Of a stretch of DNA of 29,282 bases, positions 9,481-17,099 are shown one piece after another. Source of the DNA: a virus (taxonomy: Duplodnaviria > Heunggongvirae > Uroviricota > Caudoviricetes); IMG/VR virus record IMGVR_UViG_3300036945_000745. The stretch is one strand, 5' to 3'. Every line of letters begins with the position of its first letter. Within the stretch, counting starts at the first letter, position 1. The position numbers and the translations under genes were made by a program. The notes under the pieces were generated by a model. That model ran no database searches. It had not been told where the DNA came from and saw nothing but the letters and a program-made list of their open reading frames with translations.

Positions 9481-10592
9481 TAAGCTCTTAGTTTTTCGTT
9501 TAATATTTTAATCATCCTACTATCGTTTTCAGATAGTTCCTTTGCTCTTTCAATTGCCTTTGTTGATAATTCTAATCTATGATTCTTATCATCTAATATC
9601 TTATCAAGCATATCAAACAAATCCTTTTTATATTTAAAGAACAACCCATTCGGGTCTATCTCTTTGTAACAATCTGATTCCTGAAATATCATAGGAGTTC
9701 CATTCATCATACAATCGGTAGCCGCTACACTCCAACCATAATTAGTCTGCCTCATTTGAATTCCAACGGAGCAAGATTGTAGTTTTTTATAGTAATCGTG
9801 CTTAGCTACTTTGGTATTATCAATCCAACTAAATTCAGGCTTACCATCCAATTGAGGCACCCAAACTTTGAAATCTTGCCTACGTCCTCTATACTCTTCC
9901 ATCAACTTAATAAATGATGGATATCCTTTGTATGCAGCTGCTCTATGATTGAATACAATAACTTTTTCTTTTGGTTTAGGCGATTCGATAATTTTTGTAA
10001 CATCTATTCCTAAATTCCACACTACTAATATACTACTTAATTTTTTAATAAACAAATCATTGAACCATAATTTTGCTTCTTCTAAAACTCTATCTTTTTG
10101 TTCTTGCGTATTTAGGAAGCAAGTTTCCATTTGAGATACACCCAAAAGTTCAATCGGCATCCATCTCCATTTGTTTTTTCTATCTTCTGCATTGCAAGAT
10201 TTCATTTCCCACCAATGGCAATATCCAATTACATTGGTTTTGAAATCGTTCTTATATCTGCCAACTTGCGGCCAATCAGGCAAATGAGAATATATTACAT
10301 CATATTCTAATGTTTCCAACAAACGATTCATATCGGGTGGATATGTTCTCATTTTAATCATATCGCCTGAAAATGATAAGATGTGTTGTTTCACATTTAT
10401 CAAATTCAATTTCTTTACAGGCTGTGGTAATATGATGTTCCAAAAGAATTCACCCTCCGATTCCAATGCTTTGATGTGATTGTATATAACATCCACAAAA
10501 GAATCTTTTTCGATATTTCCAGAGTTAGTGATATTTGGTATCACTAACACTTTTCTTGCTTTATTATAATCTATACTTTCCCAAAATGCCAT
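9480..10592 (-). CDS. Atypical GT-B glycosyltransferase, candidate DNA-modifying enzyme
   Basis: YDVIYSHLP, IVFNHR...KG, and QTNYGWSVAATDCMMNGTPMI aligned to the GT4 donor-binding motif. The stop codon overlaps the PolB ATG (TAATG). Confidence 0.8.
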   Translation of the reverse strand: MAFWESIDYNKARKVLVIPNITNSGNIEKDSFVDVIYNHIKALESEGEFFWNIILPQPVKKLNLINVKQHILSFSGDMIKMRTYPPDMNRLLETLEYDVIYSHLPDWPQVGRYKNDFKTNVIGYCHWWEMKSCNAEDRKNKWRWMPIELLGVSQMETCFLNTQEQKDRVLEEAKLWFNDLFIKKLSSILVVWNLGIDVTKIIESPKPKEKVIVFNHRAAAYKGYPSFIKLMEEYRGRRQDFKVWVPQLDGKPEFSWIDNTKVAKHDYYKKLQSCSVGIQMRQTNYGWSVAATDCMMNGTPMIFQESDCYKEIDPNGLFFKYKKDLFDMLDKILDDKNHRLELSTKAIERAKELSENDSRMIKILNEKLRA

Positions 10593-12634
10593 TATTCTCC
10601 AAGTTGTTTAAAATGTTTAATAATCTTTTTAAGATTAATTTCAGCATTCAACAAATCATCTTCTTCTTTATATTTCTTTTTAATCTTAGGTGCGCTTTGT
10701 TGTTCTAATATATAAGAATAATACTTTGATATGGTATTAAATGCTTTTGTTTTTGCTCCATCAGCTGAATTTGTTTCTAATGCTCTGATAGCTCCGGTAG
10801 TTTGATTAGTATTATTAATATGTTCCCAACTAGCGTTTACCGGCTCCGCCTTTTCGTTCCAACCACAATAAACAACCTTACCATTTACTGTATCTTCGTA
10901 CCAACCAAATTCGGTTAACTTTGTAATTTGTTTTAGGGTTGCTATATGTATATCCCTCATCTCATCATTAGTACCAATATATCCCTCATATGCTTCATAT
11001 GATTCTTTGAATGAAGATAACTTTTCAGTTAAAAAATATTCAGCTCTACCAGTATGAGATGTACTATACCCACCTGAATCGGTATCAGTTAATAGTTTTA
11101 AAAACCCATCATCTTTAATAACATATTCGTTCTTTGTTTCACTAACTGTGAAAACTTTATCTCCAAAATATGTTTCCATAAATAATTCTATTGATTTAGA
11201 AACATTATCGGGTGAGTTTTTAATAGTCTTACCATTGCCAGCATATAGTTGTATAAGTGTTACAAAACTATTGTAACCAAACTTGTCAGATATGATACCA
11301 TCTATTTTGGATGGTGCCAATAACTTAACCTCATCTGTTTGTTTAGTTTGAGATTTTAGTTTTTTCAAAACAACTTTCAATCTACTTAGTTTTTTCTTAG
11401 TTAATTTCCAAGCTTCAATAGATGATGCTGTATAAAATTCGTTAGTAAGTTCGTATTTGAAATCAGGAATTTTATCAATACCTTCGTACTTTTCTTTTAA
11501 AAACTCAACATCCTTACCTTCCATCAAATCTGCGAGTTGTTTATACTTATCGAATCGGTCATCGTTTTTAGTAGAGAAATCTCTAGCGTTGAAATAATTA
11601 TATGCAATCACCGGAACTAAACAATATTCAGGAGCTAAATCAATTAAATCTTTAAAATATTTTCTAGCATCAGAATACTCATCATTTTTTAATGCCAACT
11701 TTGCTTCAGCTACAAAAGAAATATTAGTTGATTTCATTATGTGCTGATATAAAAAGTTGATATTAGTCCAAGGATTGTTTCTATTGTTAATTGATTCAAG
11801 CTCACCAGAAATAATATCATGGTTACCAATTCGTATATGTATAGTTTCGTAATTATCTAATAAATCAACAATGCCATCTTTACCAATAATATCACAAATA
11901 TTAAATTCAGATGATGCCGATTCATCTTTGATTGATTCTAAAAATACATCTAATTCTTTTGGATAGCTGGTTTGAAATGTCTTTTTAATTTCGGCAATTA
12001 CATACTCCACATCTTTCTTTTTTAGAGAATCTTTTGCTACATCAATTTTAGCTTTATCAAAACTATCTTTATTAAGATTTGTATGGGTTTGGTTTAAATG
12101 TGATAATAGATTTATAATAGAAAATTCAGTTAAATTTGACCTATCGTAAGCTTCTAATGCTGAAAAATCTCTATCAAGTCTTATGCCAAATGGAAATTGA
12201 TTACCAATTGCTAGATTATATGCTCTAGCTATAGCGTATCTAAAGTTATCCATTATTTTATGGATTTCTTCTTTTCTCATACGTTGTTCATCATACTTTG
12301 TAAAAAACGTATTAGATAACGAATGTTCAATTTCCAAATCATCCAACGCATCCGATTTATAGTGATTTAGTATTGTTCTAAATTGAATCATGCCATCTAT
12401 CTTAATTGCTATGGTGACACGATTCTTTAAACAAAATGTTGTTACTTCTTTTAATTCCTTAATAAGTTCTTTAATAGAAGTTTCATCTATTGGTTCAAAT
12501 GTAAAACTACTCTTTCGTAGATGTTTAAGTACTTTAAATGAAGAAATGAGTTTATCAAACCCGTCTTTATTTGATATATGTACACTTGGTGTATTCTTAG
12601 TTTCTGAAATTAATTGGTTAATTTTCTCGTTCAT
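10592..12634 (-). CDS. 680-aa protein of unknown function with weak DUF262/ParB-like N-terminal and HNH-like C-terminal motifs
   Basis: The long ORF is secure. IKIDGMIQFRTI resembles IDGQQRLTT, LESINNRNNPW resembles F..lN..G.PL, and WEHI...ETNSADGAK resembles an HNH tail. The domain call is tentative. Confidence 0.45.
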   Translation of the reverse strand: MNEKINQLISETKNTPSVHISNKDGFDKLISSFKVLKHLRKSSFTFEPIDETSIKELIKELKEVTTFCLKNRVTIAIKIDGMIQFRTILNHYKSDALDDLEIEHSLSNTFFTKYDEQRMRKEEIHKIMDNFRYAIARAYNLAIGNQFPFGIRLDRDFSALEAYDRSNLTEFSIINLLSHLNQTHTNLNKDSFDKAKIDVAKDSLKKKDVEYVIAEIKKTFQTSYPKELDVFLESIKDESASSEFNICDIIGKDGIVDLLDNYETIHIRIGNHDIISGELESINNRNNPWTNINFLYQHIMKSTNISFVAEAKLALKNDEYSDARKYFKDLIDLAPEYCLVPVIAYNYFNARDFSTKNDDRFDKYKQLADLMEGKDVEFLKEKYEGIDKIPDFKYELTNEFYTASSIEAWKLTKKKLSRLKVVLKKLKSQTKQTDEVKLLAPSKIDGIISDKFGYNSFVTLIQLYAGNGKTIKNSPDNVSKSIELFMETYFGDKVFTVSETKNEYVIKDDGFLKLLTDTDSGGYSTSHTGRAEYFLTEKLSSFKESYEAYEGYIGTNDEMRDIHIATLKQITKLTEFGWYEDTVNGKVVYCGWNEKAEPVNASWEHINNTNQTTGAIRALETNSADGAKTKAFNTISKYYSYILEQQSAPKIKKKYKEEDDLLNAEINLKKIIKHFKQLGE

Positions 12635-12670
12635 CAGTTTAAGGGTTTATATTTTATGATTTGTTATATA

Positions 12671-12702
12671 CAAATATACGAAAAATATCCCAAATTACCA
12701 AA
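12671..12702 (-). promoter_or_regulatory. Bacteroidota-type sigma70 promoter driving the 680-aa/GT/PolB unit
   Basis: Minus strand TTTG-gtaatttgggatatttttcg(20 nt)-TATATTTG. Confidence 0.8.
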
Positions 12703-12718
12703 TAATTAGGGATATTTT
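12681..12718 (-). terminator. Probable intrinsic terminator after the DruA-like gene, overlapping the next promoter
   Basis: Minus strand AAAATATCCC-taattatttggtaattt-GGGATATTTT(T): a perfect 10-bp inverted repeat ending in a T run, about 25 nt after the stop at 12744. Confidence 0.6.
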
Positions 12719-12743
12719 ATATAACAGGTTGATACTCAATGAG

Positions 12744-13970
12744 TTATCTACCAACCTCTTTTAAATATGCTTCTTGCATTTGCTCCCACGTCATACCAAT
12801 TGCATCAACGTAGAATAGTACTTCGGGTTTGATTCTACCCTCATCGTGTAGTTTTGTATATCGTTTGATGGCTTTATCCTTCCACCACTTAGTGGTATAT
12901 TCGTTTCCTTTTGCAAACTTTTCATTAAGAATTAAATCCTTTTCTTCGATTTTTGATTTTAAGAACTCATTACCATTTTGGTATATTGGAGCAAAATATA
13001 CACCTCTTTGAAATCCGTGGTCATAAGCGTTTCCTTTGATTCCTAATTCTTTGAAAATTGCCTGAATAATCTTTTGTTTAATTCCACTTACAGGTCCGTT
13101 CTTTTCGTAACCCATATTAGCACCATTACGTTCTCTTTCATCCATAATATGCGTCTTATACCATTCCGAACGATTTTCTTTAATCCATTGATGCCAAGGA
13201 TTGTAGACCGAATCATCTGGCTTTGTAGAAATCTTACCTTTGGATTCCCCCAATGTTTTGAAATGTGGAATACCATTATATTGTGAATGAATTCCGTAAA
13301 GGGATGTTGTGCCTACTCCAACTAATGGATTATCATATTTAGTTTTCCAATATGCTCTAACTTCGGGTGCAGTTGCTAATGCTGCGATTAACTTACCACC
13401 TAAAAAATTATAACCAAATGGTTGTGTAGATACAATCGTTGTAGCAATAGATGTACAATTTAATTTACCTTTTTCAAACTTATCTTCTTTACTCCAACCA
13501 ATATATTCATCTCTAACACCCAATGATGTAATATCAGAACCTAAACATATTTGCCCTAATATTTTATTACTTACTCTATCCTTAACATATATTTTTACGT
13601 TTCTGCCAGGATTTGCTGAAAATTCCATAGTATGTATTAACTTACGGATTTCAGTCCAACGAGTAGATTCTTTTGGGTCATCTTCAACGATTTCCACATA
13701 AGGGTCTAATTGCTCTATTTCAGAAATAGTCAATTCCTTATTATTAATATCAGCTGGCTTCCACAATGAATCGTAGTATGATTGTAACGCAGGTAATCTC
13801 TTCATATTAGAAACTCTATCAGCATTCCATTCAATCCACTTCTTATATAAAGTTTGTTGCTCTACTGACATTTCTTTAAGATAGTCCAAATTTTCAATGA
13901 ACTTTCTTTTCATCACATCATAATCAAATGTGGTTGTGTTTGTTTCTTCGCCTGTGTTCCAAAATTTCAT
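12744..13970 (-). CDS. DruA/DUF4338-like protein (Mom/GNAT-related fold inferred)
   Basis: NPGRNVKIYVKD...ILGQICLGSD..SLGVRDEYIGW...QPFGYNFLGGKLIAAL...EVR..WK.KY...TTSLYG..SQYN matches the DruA motif string as I recall it. Confidence 0.8.
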   Translation of the reverse strand: MKFWNTGEETNTTTFDYDVMKRKFIENLDYLKEMSVEQQTLYKKWIEWNADRVSNMKRLPALQSYYDSLWKPADINNKELTISEIEQLDPYVEIVEDDPKESTRWTEIRKLIHTMEFSANPGRNVKIYVKDRVSNKILGQICLGSDITSLGVRDEYIGWSKEDKFEKGKLNCTSIATTIVSTQPFGYNFLGGKLIAALATAPEVRAYWKTKYDNPLVGVGTTSLYGIHSQYNGIPHFKTLGESKGKISTKPDDSVYNPWHQWIKENRSEWYKTHIMDERERNGANMGYEKNGPVSGIKQKIIQAIFKELGIKGNAYDHGFQRGVYFAPIYQNGNEFLKSKIEEKDLILNEKFAKGNEYTTKWWKDKAIKRYTKLHDEGRIKPEVLFYVDAIGMTWEQMQEAYLKEVGR

Positions 13971-13974
13971 ATTA

Positions 13975-14006
13975 CAAATATAACTAATTAATTTTAAATT
14001 ACCAAA
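13975..14006 (-). promoter_or_regulatory. Bacteroidota-type sigma70 promoter for the DruA-like gene
   Basis: Minus strand TTTG-gtaatttaaaattaattagt(20 nt)-TATATTTG, followed by 4 nt and the ATG at 13970. The -33 box overlaps the last codons of the upstream mom-like gene. Confidence 0.8.
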
Positions 14007-14802
14007 ATTTGGTATCTATTTCTGATTCAGGTGCAATTGTTTCCCACACTTGAATATCTTTGTTGAAAGCTCGAGTATCTTTTGGATATGGTCTGATTTC
14101 GTGTTTGAACGTTTTCATAATTGCTTTCTTTTCTTTCTTATCAGCCGTAACAATTTGAAGATATCTATGCTTTGGTGGCTCTTCTCTTCTCCAAAATTGC
14201 TTATATCCATCCTTACCAATTTCTCTACGAAGATGTTCTAAATTACCACTACCCCACTTTGTAAACACAGTCCTACTATGAATCCATTTATAAGGGTCAT
14301 TTGATAATGAAATACCATAGTTAGGCATTAAGGCAATATCGGTATTTAATCCTTGATAAATCCAATTAGTTGCCTGATAAATTCCACCTAAATGTTCTTG
14401 TCCATTATCTGCATAAGAAATAAGTGCTTTAATAGCCTTATCGTTTTCTCTAAACCATTTGAATGATTGTCCCATTGCGTATGATTCAATATTAGAGCCA
14501 TATCCATCATCACAATATAAACGAGTCAATTCTAATACATTATCTTTTGTAAGTAAATCTGAAATAGAAGTTGCTGCCCTTGCCCCAACGGGGAATCCAT
14601 AAACTAAACATCCAATTAATTTATTATCTTCACCCAATGCATTAGTTTCATCCATTTTATAAAAAATACCTAAAGCATATCTACAAGCTGTCCAAGCGTG
14701 TGTGTAGTGCTTCTTTACGATGATATCTTTAGCTATATCTTTACTGATTGGTGCGATATATACTTTGGATGTATCACAATAGTTTTTGCCTTCTTCTTTC
14801 AT
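13999..14802 (-). CDS. mom: Mom-family adenine-modification GNAT-like protein (paralog 1)
   Basis: IIVKKHY, LGIF, LIGCLVYG, LELTRL, NIESYAMG, ALISYAD, HLGGIYQATNWIYQG, KHRY: motif order as in phage Mu Mom. Confidence 0.82.
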   Translation of the reverse strand: MKEEGKNYCDTSKVYIAPISKDIAKDIIVKKHYTHAWTACRYALGIFYKMDETNALGEDNKLIGCLVYGFPVGARAATSISDLLTKDNVLELTRLYCDDGYGSNIESYAMGQSFKWFRENDKAIKALISYADNGQEHLGGIYQATNWIYQGLNTDIALMPNYGISLSNDPYKWIHSRTVFTKWGSGNLEHLRREIGKDGYKQFWRREEPPKHRYLQIVTADKKEKKAIMKTFKHEIRPYPKDTRAFNKDIQVWETIAPESEIDTKFW

Positions 14803-14806
14803 AACT

Positions 14807-15562
14807 TTATTTTATTGGCTCTAATTTGAGTATCTCCTCCACAAATTCCACATTTAATTTTGGATATGGTAGGGATGGGTATTTCAATGATTTAAATAAT
14901 TTCTTTTTTTCTTTACCATACAATAGTATATAAACATACCTATGTTTGCGTGGTTCTTTTTTAATCCAAAATGGGGATGTTACCATTGTTTGAATTATCT
15001 TTGGGTCATTCGTTCCATACTTCACATAAGATGTTCTGCTATGATGCCACTCATCAATCTCACTCCATTTAAAAGACCAACTATCATTTGGTCTGATTCG
15101 ATTTCCCTGATATACCCAATTAGTTGCTTGATAAACAGTTCCCAAATGTCCAACTTTTGGGTCTGAATATGATACCAATGCTTTAATGTGTGGTGCGTTT
15201 TCTCTTAACCAATTAAAAGTTTGTCCTACAAACCAACTCTCAATATTACTACCATATCCATCGAATACAAATAAACGGGTTAGTTCTAAAACCTCCGTTC
15301 TATCCAATAGTTCCGAAATAGATGCACCCGAATGTCTACCAACCGGGTCACCATAACACGCTACTCCAATAAGTTTTTCATTTACTCCGCCAAAGAACTT
15401 GTGTTCATCATTAGAAACATAAAACAAACCAATAGCATAGGATACTTTTGTCCATATACCACTATAATGGTTATTAACAATAATATCCTTTGCTATATCT
15501 TTGCTTACTAATCTAATTGAAAGTTTGGATATATCACAATATTCTTTTCCTTCTACTTTCAT
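14807..15562 (-). CDS. mom: Mom-family adenine-modification GNAT-like protein (paralog 2)
   Basis: IIVNNHYS, IGLF, LIGVACYG, LELTRL, NIESWFVG, ALVSYSDP, GHLGTVYQATNWVYQG, KHRY. Confidence 0.82.
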   Translation of the reverse strand: MKVEGKEYCDISKLSIRLVSKDIAKDIIVNNHYSGIWTKVSYAIGLFYVSNDEHKFFGGVNEKLIGVACYGDPVGRHSGASISELLDRTEVLELTRLFVFDGYGSNIESWFVGQTFNWLRENAPHIKALVSYSDPKVGHLGTVYQATNWVYQGNRIRPNDSWSFKWSEIDEWHHSRTSYVKYGTNDPKIIQTMVTSPFWIKKEPRKHRYVYILLYGKEKKKLFKSLKYPSLPYPKLNVEFVEEILKLEPIK

Positions 15563-15566
15563 ATAA

Positions 15567-15725
15567 CTATTTTACCCAATCATTGAATGCTTCTTCGAAG
15601 GCAGATACTCTATCTCTCTTTGGATTTTCTTCCATAAGTTGTTTAGCAGCATCTAATACTTCTCTCCATAATCCATATGAATTGGCTTCTAATAGAATCT
15701 CTTCGATTTGTTCTTCAGCGGTCAT
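15567..15725 (-). CDS. Small acidic hypothetical protein (52 aa, not in ORF track)
   Basis: Manual translation MTAEEQIEEILLEANSYGLWEKVLDAAKQLMEENPKRDRVSAFEEAFNDWVK*; fills the gap exactly and is co-oriented. Confidence 0.7.
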   Translation of the reverse strand: MTAEEQIEEILLEANSYGLWREVLDAAKQLMEENPKRDRVSAFEEAFNDWVK

Positions 15726-15728
15726 AAC

Positions 15729-15962
15729 CTATTGTTGCTTTTCATATGGCCACTTAATCATATGTGTCCACGTTTGGTTTGTAACTATTTTTTTGATGTT
15801 AGCGGGAGATACTCGGTAGTTCCTAGCAATAACATTTATATTCCTGTGACCTACTTTGTATAGTTCTCTGATTTGCATTATCTGCTCTTCAGTCAATTTG
15901 TGCATTGGATGCGCTTCTCCTCTTAACATACGTCTAATATAACACTTTTTTTTAACAATCAC
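15729..15962 (-). CDS. Stand-alone HTH protein resembling the C-terminal DNA-binding domain of HNH homing endonucleases
   Basis: RGEAHPMHKLTEEQIMQIRELY...IARNYRVSPANIKKIVTNQTWTH matches the GE.H..KLT...V..IR...A..fGVS...I..I....W.H pattern; no HNH core. Confidence 0.7.
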   Translation of the reverse strand: MIVKKKCYIRRMLRGEAHPMHKLTEEQIMQIRELYKVGHRNINVIARNYRVSPANIKKIVTNQTWTHMIKWPYEKQQ

Positions 15963-15969
15963 AAATATT

Positions 15970-16233
15970 TTACTTTAAATTTTCATTTAGTGAATTAATA
16001 TATGTTAATTTTGATTGTACTCCGGCGAATCTATCCACCTCTACCCCATTCTTTTCAACTACTACTGTTGGAACTGAACGTACGCCATATTTGGTAGCCT
16101 CATCGTATGCCACATCTACATCATACTCTTCGAATTTTACATTGGAAAATTGACCTTTGATTTCATTCATTACGGGAGCCAATGCTCTACATGGTCCACA
16201 CCATGCTGCACTAAATTTCTTAACTGTTACCAT
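15970..16233 (-). CDS. trxA: Thioredoxin
   Basis: FSAAWCGPC active site, YGVRSVPT cis-Pro motif; likely start MVTVKK at 16233. Confidence 0.95.
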   Translation of the reverse strand: MVTVKKFSAAWCGPCRALAPVMNEIKGQFSNVKFEEYDVDVAYDEATKYGVRSVPTVVVEKNGVEVDRFAGVQSKLTYINSLNENLK

Positions 16234-16945
16234 TTGTTTTATTTTTAAATTCATCATATGCATCCAATAAGGAGTCTACAACCGGATGTCTATGATTTGT
16301 TAATAATGTTTGTGAATCCATATCCTTAATCTTCTTTGCAGCTGATAATAAGAATTTAAATCCACTATCTCCTTTATACTTTAAATCTACTTGCTGTGTA
16401 TCACCACATACAACCATTTTACTTCTTAATCCCAAACGAGATGTAATCATCTCCATTTGGTCATTGGTACAATTCTGAGCTTCATCTACAATAATAAATG
16501 CATCTAAGAAAGTTCTACCTCTCATAAATGCAAGAGGTACAATTTCAACCTGCCCAGTTTCTAAAATCTTATCAATCTTTTCTTTGTTATACAATTGATA
16601 AAAATTGGAATATACGGGTTGCATCCACGGTTCCATCTTTTCTCTTAAGTCACCTGGTAGGAATCCAATCTCTTCTTTACTTACCGTAGGACGAGTGATG
16701 ATAATTTTATTTACAGTCTTTTTGAATAACATATCTAATGCTACTTGGCATGCTAAAAGGGTTTTACCACTTCCCGCTTTACCACTTAGAATGGTTATGG
16801 CGTTATTGAGAATTTTTTCTTTAGCTTCTTTTTGCTCTACATTTAACTGAATTTGGAACTTAATTGGTCCCTTTGGTTTATCAGTTTTTTCTTCTCTAAT
16901 TTTCTCTGTCAATTCTTTGAATTTTGTTGATTGATTTTCAGCCAT
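16220..16945 (-). CDS. phoH: PhoH-family ATPase
   Basis: GKAGSGKT, ITRP, IGFLPGDL.EKMEPW, MRGRT, IVDEAQN, CGDTQQVD. Confidence 0.96.
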   Translation of the reverse strand: MAENQSTKFKELTEKIREEKTDKPKGPIKFQIQLNVEQKEAKEKILNNAITILSGKAGSGKTLLACQVALDMLFKKTVNKIIITRPTVSKEEIGFLPGDLREKMEPWMQPVYSNFYQLYNKEKIDKILETGQVEIVPLAFMRGRTFLDAFIIVDEAQNCTNDQMEMITSRLGLRSKMVVCGDTQQVDLKYKGDSGFKFLLSAAKKIKDMDSQTLLTNHRHPVVDSLLDAYDEFKNKTNGNS

Positions 16946-16953
16946 ATTATTTA

Positions 16954-17079
16954 TTATTTACCTCTACCAGATTTTTTAATCTGATTTTGCTTTGGTACTA
17001 TTTTAGTTTGAGAAGTTTTAGTTCCTTTCGAATCTATTACCTTCTTATCATTTTTGTTACTAAAAAATTTACTACTCAT
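16954..17079 (-). CDS. Small basic hypothetical protein (41 aa, not in ORF track)
   Basis: Manual translation MSSKFFSNKNDKKVIDSKGTKTSQTKIVPKQNQIKKSGRGK*; fills the nrdA-phoH gap. Confidence 0.55.
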   Translation of the reverse strand: MSSKFFSNKNDKKVIDSKGTKTSQTKIVPKQNQIKKSGRGK

Positions 17080-17099
17080 AATATTAATTGTTTAATGGT

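Noticed and set aside
12744-13970. Complete Druantia defence system
   Set aside because: No DruE-like helicase or other large Dru subunits nearby; only the DruA-like gene is present.
15729-15962. Active HNH homing endonuclease
   Set aside because: Only the HTH tail is present; there is no HNH catalytic motif and no adjacent space for a frameshifted N-terminus.
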